Source: Bugula neritina
Lineage: Eukaryota > Animalia > Bryozoa
Direction: 5' to 3'
DNA: 64,000 bases
Assembly (NCBI GenBank): GCA_964035545.1
Contig: CAXIUT010000097.1
Location: 310,001 to 374,000, forward strand
Shown here piece by piece: positions 33,401 to 51,400 of this stretch. The notes under the pieces are model-generated. The model ran no database searches, had not been told where the DNA came from, and was given only the letters and a program-made list of their open reading frames with translations. Position numbers and translations under genes: made by a program. The stretch's first letter is position 1. Each line of letters opens with the position of its first letter.

Positions 33401-36400
33401 CTGTAACATATTGGAATACACTGCAACACATTGAAATATACTGCAAAATACTGAAATACACTGCTACATACTGAAATTTACTGCGACACACTGCAACATA
33501 CTGCAACATACTAAAATGCGCTGTAACATAGTGAAATAGACTGCAACACATTGAAATATACTGCAAAATACTGAAATACACTGCTATATACTGAAATACA
33601 CTGCAACACACTACAACATACTGCAACATGCTAAAATATACTGCAACATACTGAAATACACTGCAAAATACTGAAATACACTGTAACATACTGAAGTATA
33701 CTGCAACATACTGAATCACACTGCTACATACTGAAATATACTGCAAAATACTGAAATACACTGCTATATACTGAAATACACTGCAACACACTACAACATA
33801 CTGCAACATGCTAAAAGCTGCAACATACTGAAATACACTGATACATACTGAAATATACTGCAACACACAGCAACTTACTGCAACATACTAAAATATACTG
33901 CAACATACTGAAATACACTGCAAAATATTCAAATACACTGTAACATACTGAAATATACTGCGACACATTGCAATATACTGTAACATACTGAAATATCCTG
34001 TAGCACACTGAAATACACTGCAACTCACTGAAATATACTGCAACATACTGAAATACACTGTAACATATTGAAATATACTGCAACATACTGAAATACAGTG
34101 CTACATACTGAAATATACTGCAACATACTGCAACATAGTGAAATAAACTGCAACATACTGCAAGATATTGAAATGCACTGTAACATATTGAAATACACTG
34201 CAACACATTGAAATATACTGCAACATACCTAAATATACGGTAATATACCAAAATATACTGTAACACATTGAAAAATACTGCAACATACTGAAATACACTG
34301 AAACACACCGAAAAACACTGAAAATACTGTAACACACTGAAATATACTGCAAAATACTGAAATATACTGCAAAATACTGAAATACACTGCTGCATACTGA
34401 AATATACTGCAACACACCGCAACATTCTGCAACATACTAAAGTATACTGCAACATACTGCAATACACTGCAAAATACTAAAATACACTATAACATACTGA
34501 AATATACTGCAACATACTGAAATATACTGCTACGTACTGAAATATACTGCAACACACTGCAACATACTGCAACATACTAGAATACACTGTAACATAATGA
34601 AATACACTGCAACACATTGAAATATACTGCAAAATACTGAAATACACTGCTATATACTGAAATTTCACTGCAACACACTACAACATACTGCAACATGCTA
34701 AAAGCTGCAACATACTGAAATACACTGCCACATACTGAAATATACTGCAAGACACAGCAACATACTGCAACATACTAAAATATACTGCAACATACTGAAA
34801 TATACTGCATCATACTGAAATATACTGCTACATACTGAAATGTACTGCAACACACTGCAACATACTGCAACATACTAGAATACACTGTAACATAATGAAA
34901 TACACTGCAACACATTGAAATATACTGCAAAATACTGAAATACACTGCTATATACTGAAATATACTGCAACACACTACAACATACTGCAACATGCTAAAA
35001 TCTACTGCAACATACTGAAATACCCTGCAAAATACTGAAATACACTGTAACATACTGAAATACACTGCTACATACTGAAATATACCTCAACACACTGCAA
35101 CATACTGCAACATACTAAAACATACTGCAACATACTGAAATACACTGCAGAATACTGAAATACACTGTAACATACTGAAATATACTGCAAAATACTGAAA
35201 TACACTGCTACATACTGAAATATACTGCAACACACTGCGACTTACTGCAACATACTAAAATAGACTGTAACATATTAAAATACACTGCAACACATTGAAA
35301 TATACCGCAATGTACCGAAATATATGGTAAACTACTGAAATATACTGTCACACATTTAAAAATACCGCAACATACTGAAATATACTGCGACACATCGCAA
35401 TATAATGTAACGTACTGAAATATGCTGTAGCACATTGAAATATACTGCAACTCACTGAAATATACTGCAACATATTGAAATATACTGCAACATACTGAAA
35501 TACAGTGCTACATACTGAAATATACTGCAACATACTGCAACATAGTGAAATTCACTGTAACATACTGAAAGACACTGCAACATACTACAACATATTGAAA
35601 TACACTGCAACACATTGAAATATACTGCAACATACCTAAATATACGGTGATATACCAAAATAAACTGTAACACATTTAAAAATACTGCAACATACTGAAA
35701 TACACTGCAACACTCTGAAATACACTGCAAAATACTGTAACACACTGAAATATACTGCAACACACTGCAACATACTGCAACATACTAGAATACACTGTAA
35801 CATATTGAAATATACTGCAATATACTGAAATACACTGCTATATACCGAAATATACTGCAACACACTACAACATACTGCAACATGCTAAAATATACTGCAT
35901 CATACTGAAATACCCTGCAAAATACTGAAATACACTGTAACATACTGAAGTATACTGCAACATATTGAAATACACTGCTACATACTGAAATTTACTGCGA
36001 CACACTGCAACATACTGCAACATACTAAAATGCACTGTAACATAGTGAAATAGACTGCAACACATTGAAATATACTGCAAAATACTGAAATACACTGCTA
36101 TATACTGAAATTTACTGCAACACACTGCAACATACTGCAACATACTAAAATATACTGCAACATACTGAAATACACTGCAAAATATTCAAATACACTGTAA
36201 CATATTGAAATATACTGCAACATACTGAAATACAGTGCTACATACTGAAATATACTGCAACATACTGCAACATAGTGAAATACACTGCAACATACTGCAA
36301 GATAGTGAAATACACTGTAACATACTGGAGTATACTGCAACATGCTGAAATACACTGCTACATACTGAAATATACTGCAACACACAGCAACATACTGCAA

Positions 36401-39400
36401 CATACTAAAATACACTGTGACATGTTGGAATACACTGCAACACATTGAAATATATTGCAAAAGACTGAAATACACTGCTACATACTGAAATATACTGCGA
36501 CACACTGCAACATACTGCAACATACTAAAATACACTGTAACATATTGAAATAGACTGCAACACAATGAAATATACTGTAAAATACTAAAATACACTGCTA
36601 AATACTGAAATATACTGCAACACACTGCAAGATACTGCAACATACTAAAATATACTGCAAAATACTGAAATACACTGCAGAATACTGAAATACACTGTAA
36701 CATACTGAAATACACTGCAAAATACTGAAATACACTGCTACATACTGAAATATACTGCAACACACTGCGACATACTGCAACATACTAAAATACACTGTAA
36801 CATATTGAAATACACTGCAACACATTGAAATATACTGGAATGTACCGAAATATATGGTAAACTACTGAAATATACTGTCACACATTGAAAAACACTGCAA
36901 CATACTGAAATATACTGCGACACATTGCAATATACTGTAACATACTGAAATATGCTGTAGCACACAGAAATACACTGCAACTCACTGAAATATACTGCAA
37001 CATACTGAAATACACTGTAACATATTGGAATATACTGCAACATACTGAAATACAGTGCTACATACTGAAATATACTGCAACATACTGCAACATAGTGAAA
37101 TAAACTGCAACATACTGCAAGATAGTGAAATACACTGTAACATACTGAAATACACCGCAAAATACTACAACATGTTGAAATGCACTGTAACATATTGAAA
37201 TACACTGCAACACATTGAAATGTACTGCAACATACCTAAATATACGGTAATATACCAAAATATACTGTAACACATTGAAAAATACTGCAACATACTGAAA
37301 TACACTGCAACACACCGAAAAACACTGAAAATACTGTAACACACTGAAATATACTGCAAAATACTGAAATATACTGCAACATACTGAAATATACTGCTAC
37401 ATACTGAAATATACTGCAACACACTGCAACATACTGCAACATACTAGAATACACTGTAACATAATGAAATACACTGCAACACATTGAAATATACTGCAAA
37501 ATACTGAAATACACTGCTATATACTGAAATACACTGCAACACACTACAACATACTGCAACATGCTAAAAGCTGCAACATACTGAAATACACTGCTACATA
37601 CTGAAATATACTGCAACACATTGCAACATACTGCAACATACTAAAGTATACTGCAACATACTGAAATACACTGCAGAATACTGAAATACACTGTAAGATA
37701 CTGAAATATACTGCAAAATACTGAAATACATTGCTACATACAGAAATATACTGCAACACACTGCGACATACTGCAACATACTAAAATACACTGTAACATA
37801 TTGAAATACACTGCAACACATTGAAATATATTGCAATGTACCGAAATATATGGTAAACTACTGAAATATACTGTCACACATTGAAAAATACTGCAACATA
37901 CTGAAATATACTGCGACACATTGCAATATACTGTAACATACTGAAATATCCTGTAGCACACTGAAATACACTGCAACATACTGAAATACACTGTAACATA
38001 TTGAAATATACTGCAACATACTGAAATACAGTGCTACATACTGAAATATACTGCAACATACTGCAACATAGTGAAATTCACTGTAACATACTGAAAAACA
38101 CTGCAACATACTACAACATATTGAAATACACTGCAACACATTGAAATATACTGCAACATACCTAAATATACGGTGATATACCAAAATAAACTGTAACACA
38201 TTTAAAAATACTGCAACATACTGAAATACACTGCAACACTCTGAAATACACTGCAAAATACTGTAACACACTGAAATATACTGCAACACACTGCAACATA
38301 CTGCAACATACTAGAATACACTGTAACATATTGAAATATACTGCAACATACTGAAATACACTGCTATATACTGAAATATACTGCAACACACTACAACATA
38401 CTGCAACATGCTAAAATATACTGCAACATACTGAAATACCCTGCAAAATACTGAAATACACTGTAACATACTGAAGTATACTGCAACATACTGAAATACA
38501 CTGCTACATACTGAAACATACTGCAACACACAGCAACATACTGCAACATACTAAAATACACTGTAACATATTGGAATACACTGCAACACATTGAAATATA
38601 CTGCAAAATACTGAAATACACTGCTACATACTGAAATTTACTGCGACACACTGCAACATACTGCAACATACTAAAATGCGCTGTAACATAGTGAAATAGA
38701 CTGCAACACATTGAATTATACTGCAAAATACTGAAATACACTGCTATATACTGAAATACACTGCAACACACTACAACATACTGCAACATGCTAAAATATA
38801 CTGCAACATACTGAAATACACTGCAAAATACTGAAATACACTGTAACATACTGAAGTATACTGCAACATACTGAATCACACTGCTACATACTGAAATATA
38901 CTGCAAAATACTGAAATACACTGCTATATACTGAAATACACTGCAACACACTACAACATACTGCAACATGCTAAAAGCTGCAACATACTGAAATACACTG
39001 CTACATACTGAAATATACTGAAACACACAGCAACTTACTGCAACATACTAAAATATACAGCAACACACTGAAATACACTGCAAAATATTCAAATACACTG
39101 TAACATACTGAAATATACTGCGACACATTGCAATATACTGTAACATACTGAAATATCCTGTAGCACACTGAAATACACTGCAACTCACTGAAATATACTG
39201 CAACATACTGAAATACACTGTAACATATTGAAATATACTGCAACATACTGAAATACAGTGCTACATACTGAAATATACTGCAACATACTGCAACATAGTG
39301 AAATAAACTGCAACATACTGCAAGATATTGAAATGCACTGTAACATATTGAAATACACTGCAACACATTGAAATATACTGCAACATACCTAAATATACGG

Positions 39401-42400
39401 TAATATACCAAAATATACTGTAACACATTGAAAAATACTGCAACATACTGAAATACATTGCAACACACCGAAAAACACTGAAAATACTGTAAAACACTGA
39501 AATATACTGCAAAATACTGAAATATACTGCAAAATACCGAAATACACAGCTACATACTGAAACATACTGCAACACACCGCAACATACTGCAACATACTAA
39601 AGTATACTGCAACATACTGAAATACACTGCAAAATACTGAAATACACTATAACATACTGAAATATACTGCAACATACTGAAATATACTGCTACATACTGA
39701 AATATACTGCAAAACACTGCAACATACTGCAACATACTAGAATACACTGTAACATAATGAAATACACTGCAACACATTGAAATATACTGCAACATACCTA
39801 AATATACGGTGATATACCAAAATAAACTGTAACACATTTAAAAATACTGCAACATACTGAAATACACTGCAACACTCTGAAATACACTGCAAAATACTGT
39901 AACACACTGAAATATACTGCAACACACTGCAACATACTGCAACATACTGGAATACACTGTAACATATTGAAATATACTGCAATATACTGAAATACACTGC
40001 TATATACCGAAATATACTGCAACACACTACAACATACTGCAACATGCTAAAATATACTGCATCATACTGAAATACCCTGCAAAATACTGAAATACACTGT
40101 AACATACTGAAGTATACTGCAACATACTGAAATACACTGCTACATACTGAAATTTACTGCGACACACTGCAACATACTGCAACATACTAAAATGCACTGT
40201 AACATAGTGAAATAGACTGCAACACATTGAAATATACTGCAAAATACTGAAATACACTGCTATATACTGAAATTTACTGCAACAAACTGCAACATACTGC
40301 AACATACTAAAATATACTGCAACATACTGAAATACACTGCAAAATATTCAAATACACTGTAACATATTGAAATATACTGCAACATACTGAAATACAGTGC
40401 TACATACTGAAATATACTGCAACATATTGCAACATAGTGAAATACACTGCAACATACTGCAAGACAGTGAAATACACTGTAACATACTGGAGTATACTGC
40501 AACATGCTGAAATACACTGCTACATACTGAAATATACTGCAACACACAGCAACATACTGCAACATACTAAAATACACTGTGACATGTTGGAATACACTGC
40601 AACACATTGAAATATACTGCAAAAGACTGAAATACACTGCTACATACTGAAATATACTGCGACACACTGCAACATACTGCAACATACTAAAATACACTGT
40701 AACATATTGAAATAGACTGCAACACAATGAAATATACTGTAAAATACTAAAATACACTGCTAAATACTGAAATATACTGCAACACACTGCAAGATACTGC
40801 AACATACTAAAATATACTGCAACATACTGAAATACACTGCAGAATACTGAAATACACTGTAACATACTGAAATACACTGCAAAATACTGAAATACACTGC
40901 TACATACTGAAATATACTGCAACACACTGCGACATACTGCAACATACTAAAATACACTGTAACATATTGAAATACACTGCAACACATTGAAATATACTGC
41001 AATGTACCGAAATATATGGTAAACTACTGAAATATACTGTCACACATTGAAAAACACTGCAACATACTGAAATATACTGCGACACATTGCAATATACTGT
41101 AACATACTGAAATATGCTGTAGCACACTGAAATACACTGCAACTCACTGAAATATACTGCAACACACTGAAATACAGTGCTACATACTGAAATATACTGC
41201 AACATACTGCAACATAGTGAAATAAACTGCAACATACTGCAAGATAGTGAAATACACTGTAACATACTGAAATACACCGCAAAATACTACAACATATTGA
41301 AATGCACTGTAACATATTGAAATACACTGCAACACATTGAAATGTACTGCAACATACCTAAATATACGGTAATATACCAAAATATACTGTAACACATTGA
41401 AAAATACTGCAACATACTGAAATACACTGCAACACACCGAAAAACACTGAAAATACTGTAACACACTGAAATATACTGCAAAATACTGAAATATACTGCA
41501 ACATACTGAAATATACTGCTACATACTGAAATATACTGCAACACACTGCAACATACTGCAACATACTAGAATACACTGTAACATAATGAAATACACTGCA
41601 ACACATTGAAATATACTGCAAAATACTGAAATACACTGCTATATACTGAAATACACTGCAACACACTACAACATACTGCAACATGCTAAAAGCTGCAACA
41701 TACTGAAATACACTGCTACATACTGAAATATACTGCAACACATTGCAACATACTGCAACATACTAAAGTATACTGCAACATACTGAAATACACTGCAGAA
41801 TGCTGAAATACACTGTAAGATACTGAAATATACTGCAAAATACTGAAATACATTGCTACATACTGAAATATACTGCAACACACTGCGACATACTGCAACA
41901 TACTAAAATACACTGTAACATATTGAAATACACTGCAACACATTGAAATATATTGCAATGTACCGAAATATATGGTAAACTACTGAAATATACTGTCACA
42001 CATTGAAAAATACTGCAACATACTGAAATATACTGCGACACATTGCAATATACTGTAACATACTGAAATATCCTGTAGCACACTGAAATACACTGCAACA
42101 TACTGAAATACACTGTAACATATTGAAATATACTGCAACATACTGAAATACAGTGCTACATACTGAAATATACTGCAACATACTGCAACATAGTGAAATT
42201 CACTGTAACATACTGAAAAACACTGCAACATACTACAACATATTGAAATACACTGCAACACATTGAAATATACTGCAACATACCTAAATATACGGTGATA
42301 TACCAAAATAAACTGTAACACATTTAAAAATACTGCAACATACTGAAATACACTGCAACACTCTGAAATACACTGCAAAATACTGTAACACACTGAAATA

Positions 42401-45400
42401 TACTGCAACACACTGCAACATACTGCAACATACTAGAATACACTGTAACATATTGAAATATACTGCAACATACTGAAATACACTGCTATATACTGAAATA
42501 TACTGCAACACACTACAACATACTGCAACATGCTAAAATATACTGCAACATACTGAAATACCCTGCAAAATACTGAAATACACTGTAACATACTGAAGTA
42601 TACTGCAACATACTGAAATACACTGCTACATACTGAAACATACTGCAACACACAGCAACATACTGCAACATACTAAAATACACTGTAACATATTGGAATA
42701 CACTGCAACACATTGAAATATACTGCAAAATACTGAAATACACTGCTACATACTGAAATTTACTGCGACACACTGCAACATACTGCAACATACTAAAATG
42801 CGCTGTAACATAGTGAAATAGACTGCAACACATTGAAATATACTGCAAAATACTGAAATACACTGCTATATACTGAAATACACTGCAACACACTACAACA
42901 TACTGCAACATGCTAAAATATACTGCAACATACTGAAATACACTGCAAAATACTGAAATACACTGTAACATACTGAAGTATACTGCAACATACTGAATCA
43001 CACTGCTACATACTGAAATATACTGCAAAATACTGAAATACACTGCTATATACTGAAATACACTGCAACACACTACAACATACTGCAACATGCTAAAAGC
43101 TGCAACATACTGAAATACACTGATACATACTGAAATATACTGCAACACACAGCAACTTACTGCAACATACTAAAATATACTGCAACATACTGAAATACAC
43201 TGCAAAATATTCAAATACACTGTAACATACTGAAATATACTGCGACACATTGCAATATACTGTAACATACTGAAATATCCTGTAGCACACTGAAATACAC
43301 TGCAACTCACTGAAATATACTGCAACATACTGAAATACACTGTAACATATTGAAATATACTGCAACATACTGAAATACAGTGCTACATACTGAAATATAC
43401 TGCAACATACTGCAACATAGTGAAATAAACTGCAACATACTGCAAGATATTGAAATGCACTGTAACATATTGAAATACACTGCAACACATTGAAATATAC
43501 TGCAACATACCTAAATATACGGTAATATACCAAAATATACTGTAACACATTGAAAAATACTGCAACATACTGAAATACACTGAAACACACCGAAAAACAC
43601 TGAAAATACTGTAACACACTGAAATATACTGCAAAATACTGAAATATACTGCAAAATACTGAAATACACTGCTGCATACTGAAATATACTGCAACACACC
43701 GCAACATTCTGCAACATACTAAAGTATACTGCAACATACTGCAATACACTGCAAAATACTAAAATACACTATAACATACTGAAATATACTGCAACATACT
43801 GAAATATACTGCTACGTACTGAAATATACTGCAACACACTGCAACATACTGCAACATACTAGAATACACTGTAACATAATGAAATACACTGCAACACATT
43901 GAAATATACTGCAAAATACTGAAATACACTGCTATATACTGAAATTTCACTGCAACACACTACAACATACTGCAACATGCTAAAAGCTGCAACATACTGA
44001 AATACACTGCCACATACTGAAATATACTGCAAGACACAGCAACATACTGCAACATACTAAAATATACTGCAACATACTGAAATATACTGCATCATACTGA
44101 AATATACTGCTACATACTGAAATGTACTGCAACACACTGCAACATACTGCAACATACTAGAATACACTGTAACATAATGAAATACACTGCAACACATTGA
44201 AATATACTGCAAAATACTGAAATACACTGCTATATACTGAAATATACTGCAACACACTACAACATACTGCAACATGCTAAAATCTACTGCAACATACTGA
44301 AATACCCTGCAAAATACTGAAATACACTGTAACATACTGAAATACACTGCTACATACTGAAATATACCTCAACACACTGCAACATACTGCAACATACTAA
44401 AACATACTGCAACATACTGAAATACACTGCAGAATACTGAAATACACTGTAACATACTGAAATATACTGCAAAATACTGAAATACACTGCTACATACTGA
44501 AATATACTGCAACACACTGCGACTTACTGCAACATACTAAAATAGACTGTAACATATTAAAATACACTGCAACACATTGAAATATACCGCAATGTACCGA
44601 AATATATGGTAAACTACTGAAATATACTGTCACACATTTAAAAATACCGCAACATACTGAAATATACTGCGACACATCGCAATATAATGTAACGTACTGA
44701 AATATGCTGTAGCACATTGAAATATACTGCAACTCACTGAAATATACTGCAACATATTGAAATATACTGCAACATACTGAAATACAGTGCTACATACTGA
44801 AATATACTGCAACATACTGCAACATAGTGAAATTCACTGTAACATACTGAAAGACACTGCAACATACTACAACATATTGAAATACACTGCAACACATTGA
44901 AATATACTGCAACATACCTAAATATACGGTGATATACCAAAATAAACTGTAACACATTTAAAAATACTGCAACATACTGAAATACACTGCAACACTCTGA
45001 AATACACTGCAAAATACTGTAACACACTGAAATATACTGCAACACACTGCAACATACTGCAACATACTAGAATACACTGTAACATATTGAAATATACTGC
45101 AATATACTGAAATACACTGCTATATACCGAAATATACTGCAACACACTACAACATACTGCAACATGCTAAAATATACTGCATCATACTGAAATACCCTGC
45201 AAAATACTGAAATACACTGTAACATACTGAAGTATACTGCAACATATTGAAATACACTGCTACATACTGAAATTTACTGCGACACACTGCAACATACTGC
45301 AACATACTAAAATGCACTGTAACATAGTGAAATAGACTGCAACACATTGAAATATACTGCAAAATACTGAAATACACTGCTATATACTGAAATTTACTGC

Positions 45401-48400
45401 AACACACTGCAACATACTGCAACATACTAAAATATACTGCAACATACTGAAATACACTGCAAAATATTCAAATACACTGTAACATATTGAAATATACTGC
45501 AACATACTGAAATACAGTGCTACATACTGAAATATACTGCAACATACTGCAACATAGTGAAATACACTGCAACATACTGCAAGATAGTGAAATACACTGT
45601 AACATACTGGAGTATACTGCAACATGCTGAAATACACTGCTACATACTGAAATATACTGCAACACACAGCAACATACTGCAACATACTAAAATACACTGT
45701 GACATGTTGGAATACACTGCAACACATTGAAATATATTGCAAAAGACTGAAATACACTGCTACATACTGAAATATACTGCGACACACTGCAACATACTGC
45801 AACATACTAAAATACACTGTAACATATTGAAATAGACTGCAACACAATGAAATATACTGTAAAATACTAAAATACACTGCTAAATACTGAAATATACTGC
45901 AACACACTGCAAGATACTGCAACATACTAAAATATACTGCAAAATACTGAAATACACTGCAGAATACTGAAATACACTGTAACATACTGAAATACACTGC
46001 AAAATACTGAAATACACTGCTACATACTGAAATATACTGCAACACACTGCGACATACTGCAACATACTAAAATACACTGTAACATATTGAAATACACTGC
46101 AACACATTGAAATATACTGGAATGTACCGAAATATATGGTAAACTACTGAAATATACTGTCACACATTGAAAAACACTGCAACATACTGAAATATACTGC
46201 GACACATTGCAATATACTGTAACATACTGAAATATGCTGTAGCACACAGAAATACACTGCAACTCACTGAAATATACTGCAACATACTGAAATACACTGT
46301 AACATATTGGAATATACTGCAACATACTGAAATACAGTGCTACATACTGAAATATACTGCAACATACTGCAACATAGTGAAATAAACTGCAACATACTGC
46401 AAGATAGTGAAATACACTGTAACATACTGAAATACACCGCAAAATACTACAACATGTTGAAATGCACTGTAACATATTGAAATACACTGCAACACATTGA
46501 AATGTACTGCAACATACCTAAATATACGGTAATATACCAAAATATACTGTAACACATTGAAAAATACTGCAACATACTGAAATACACTGCAACACACCGA
46601 AAAACACTGAAAATACTGTAACACACTGAAATATACTGCAAAATACTGAAATATACTGCAACATACTGAAATATACTGCTACATACTGAAATATACTGCA
46701 ACACACTGCAACATACTGCAACATACTAGAATACACTGTAACATAATGAAATACACTGCAACACATTGAAATATACTGCAAAATACTGAAATACACTGCT
46801 ATATACTGAAATACACTGCAACACACTACAACATACTGCAACATGCTAAAAGCTGCAACATACTGAAATACACTGCTACATACTGAAATATACTGCAACA
46901 CATTGCAACATACTGCAACATACTAAAGTATACTGCAACATACTGAAATACACTGCAGAATACTGAAATACACTGTAAGATACTGAAATATACTGCAAAA
47001 TACTGAAATACATTGCTACATACAGAAATATACTGCAACACACTGCGACATACTGCAACATACTAAAATACACTGTAACATATTGAAATACACTGCAACA
47101 CATTGAAATATATTGCAATGTACCGAAATATATGGTAAACTACTGAAATATACTGTCACACATTGAAAAATACTGCAACATACTGAAATATACTGCGACA
47201 CATTGCAATATACTGTAACATACTGAAATATCCTGTAGCACACTGAAATACACTGCAACATACTGAAATACACTGTAACATATTGAAATATACTGCAACA
47301 TACTGAAATACAGTGCTACATACTGAAATATACTGCAACATACTGCAACATAGTGAAATTCACTGTAACATACTGAAAAACACTGCAACATACTACAACA
47401 TATTGAAATACACTGCAACACATTGAAATATACTGCAACATACCTAAATATACGGTGATATACCAAAATAAACTGTAACACATTTAAAAATACTGCAACA
47501 TACTGAAATACACTGCAACACTCTGAAATACACTGCAAAATACTGTAACACACTGAAATATACTGCAACACACTGCAACATACTGCAACATACTAGAATA
47601 CACTGTAACATATTGAAATATACTGCAACATACTGAAATACACTGCTATATACTGAAATATACTGCAACACACTACAACATACTGCAACATGCTAAAATA
47701 TACTGCAACATACTGAAATACCCTGCAAAATACTGAAATACACTGTAACATACTGAAGTATACTGCAACATACTGAAATACACTGCTACATACTGAAACA
47801 TACTGCAACACACAGCAACATACTGCAACATACTAAAATACACTGTAACATATTGGAATACACTGCAACACATTGAAATATACTGCAAAATACTGAAATA
47901 CACTGCTACATACTGAAATTTACTGCGACACACTGCAACATACTGCAACATACTAAAATGCGCTGTAACATAGTGAAATAGACTGCAACACATTGAATTA
48001 TACTGCAAAATACTGAAATACACTGCTATATACTGAAATACACTGCAACACACTACAACATACTGCAACATGCTAAAATATACTGCAACATACTGAAATA
48101 CACTGCAAAATACTGAAATACACTGTAACATACTGAAGTATACTGCAACATACTGAATCACACTGCTACATACTGAAATATACTGCAAAATACTGAAATA
48201 CACTGCTATATACTGAAATACACTGCAACACACTACAACATACTGCAACATGCTAAAAGCTGCAACATACTGAAATACACTGCTACATACTGAAATATAC
48301 TGAAACACACAGCAACTTACTGCAACATACTAAAATATACAGCAACACACTGAAATACACTGCAAAATATTCAAATACACTGTAACATACTGAAATATAC

Positions 48401-51400
48401 TGCGACACATTGCAATATACTGTAACATACTGAAATATCCTGTAGCACACTGAAATACACTGCAACTCACTGAAATATACTGCAACATACTGAAATACAC
48501 TGTAACATATTGAAATATACTGCAACATACTGAAATACAGTGCTACATACTGAAATATACTGCAACATACTGCAACATAGTGAAATAAACTGCAACATAC
48601 TGCAAGATATTGAAATGCACTGTAACATATTGAAATACACTGCAACACATTGAAATATACTGCAACATACCTAAATATACGGTAATATACCAAAATATAC
48701 TGTAACACATTGAAAAATACTGCAACATACTGAAATACATTGCAACACACCGAAAAACACTGAAAATACTGTAAAACACTGAAATATACTGCAAAATACT
48801 GAAATATACTGCAAAATACCGAAATACACAGCTACATACTGAAACATACTGCAACACACCGCAACATACTGCAACATACTAAAGTATACTGCAACATACT
48901 GAAATACACTGCAAAATACTGAAATACACTATAACATACTGAAATATACTGCAACATACTGAAATATACTGCTACATACTGAAATATACTGCAAAACACT
49001 GCAACATACTGCAACATACTAGAATACACTGTAACATAATGAAATACACTGCAACACATTGAAATATACTGCAACATACCTAAATATACGGTGATATACC
49101 AAAATAAACTGTAACACATTTAAAAATACTGCAACATACTGAAATACACTGCAACACTCTGAAATACACTGCAAAATACTGTAACACACTGAAATATACT
49201 GCAACACACTGCAACATACTGCAACATACTGGAATACACTGTAACATATTGAAATATACTGCAATATACTGAAATACACTGCTATATACCGAAATATACT
49301 GCAACACACTACAACATACTGCAACATGCTAAAATATACTGCATCATACTGAAATACCCTGCAAAATACTGAAATACACTGTAACATACTGAAGTATACT
49401 GCAACATACTGAAATACACTGCTACATACTGAAATTTACTGCGACACACTGCAACATACTGCAACATACTAAAATGCACTGTAACATAGTGAAATAGACT
49501 GCAACACATTGAAATATACTGCAAAATACTGAAATACACTGCTATATACTGAAATTTACTGCAACAAACTGCAACATACTGCAACATACTAAAATATACT
49601 GCAACATACTGAAATACACTGCAAAATATTCAAATACACTGTAACATATTGAAATATACTGCAACATACTGAAATACAGTGCTACATACTGAAATATACT
49701 GCAACATATTGCAACATAGTGAAATACACTGCAACATACTGCAAGACAGTGAAATACACTGTAACATACTGGAGTATACTGCAACATGCTGAAATACACT
49801 GCTACATACTGAAATATACTGCAACACACAGCAACATACTGCAACATACTAAAATACACTGTGACATGTTGGAATACACTGCAACACATTGAAATATACT
49901 GCAAAAGACTGAAATACACTGCTACATACTGAAATATACTGCGACACACTGCAACATACTGCAACATACTAAAATACACTGTAACATATTGAAATAGACT
50001 GCAACACAATGAAATATACTGTAAAATACTAAAATACACTGCTAAATACTGAAATATACTGCAACACACTGCAAGATACTGCAACATACTAAAATATACT
50101 GCAACATACTGAAATACACTGCAGAATACTGAAATACACTGTAACATACTGAAATACACTGCAAAATACTGAAATACACTGCTACATACTGAAATATACT
50201 GCAACACACTGCGACATACTGCAACATACTAAAATACACTGTAACATATTGAAATACACTGCAACACATTGAAATATACTGCAATGTACCGAAATATATG
50301 GTAAACTACTGAAATATACTGTCACACATTGAAAAACACTGCAACATACTGAAATATACTGCGACACATTGCAATATACTGTAACATACTGAAATATGCT
50401 GTAGCACACTGAAATACACTGCAACTCACTGAAATATACTGCAACACACTGAAATACAGTGCTACATACTGAAATATACTGCAACATACTGCAACATAGT
50501 GAAATAAACTGCAACATACTGCAAGATAGTGAAATACACTGTAACATACTGAAATACACCGCAAAATACTACAACATATTGAAATGCACTGTAACATATT
50601 GAAATACACTGCAACACATTGAAATGTACTGCAACATACCTAAATATACGGTAATATACCAAAATATACTGTAACACATTGAAAAATACTGCAACATACT
50701 GAAATACACTGCAACACACCGAAAAACACTGAAAATACTGTAACACACTGAAATATACTGCAAAATACTGAAATATACTGCAACATACTGAAATATACTG
50801 CTACATACTGAAATATACTGCAACACACTGCAACATACTGCAACATACTAGAATACACTGTAACATAATGAAATACACTGCAACACATTGAAATATACTG
50901 CAAAATACTGAAATACACTGCTATATACTGAAATACACTGCAACACACTACAACATACTGCAACATGCTAAAAGCTGCAACATACTGAAATACACTGCTA
51001 CATACTGAAATATACTGCAACACATTGCAACATACTGCAACATACTAAAGTATACTGCAACATACTGAAATACACTGCAGAATGCTGAAATACACTGTAA
51101 GATACTGAAATATACTGCAAAATACTGAAATACATTGCTACATACTGAAATATACTGCAACACACTGCGACATACTGCAACATACTAAAATACACTGTAA
51201 CATATTGAAATACACTGCAACACATTGAAATATATTGCAATGTACCGAAATATATGGTAAACTACTGAAATATACTGTCACACATTGAAAAATACTGCAA
51301 CATACTGAAATATACTGCGACACATTGCAATATACTGTAACATACTGAAATATCCTGTAGCACACTGAAATACACTGCAACATACTGAAATACACTGTAA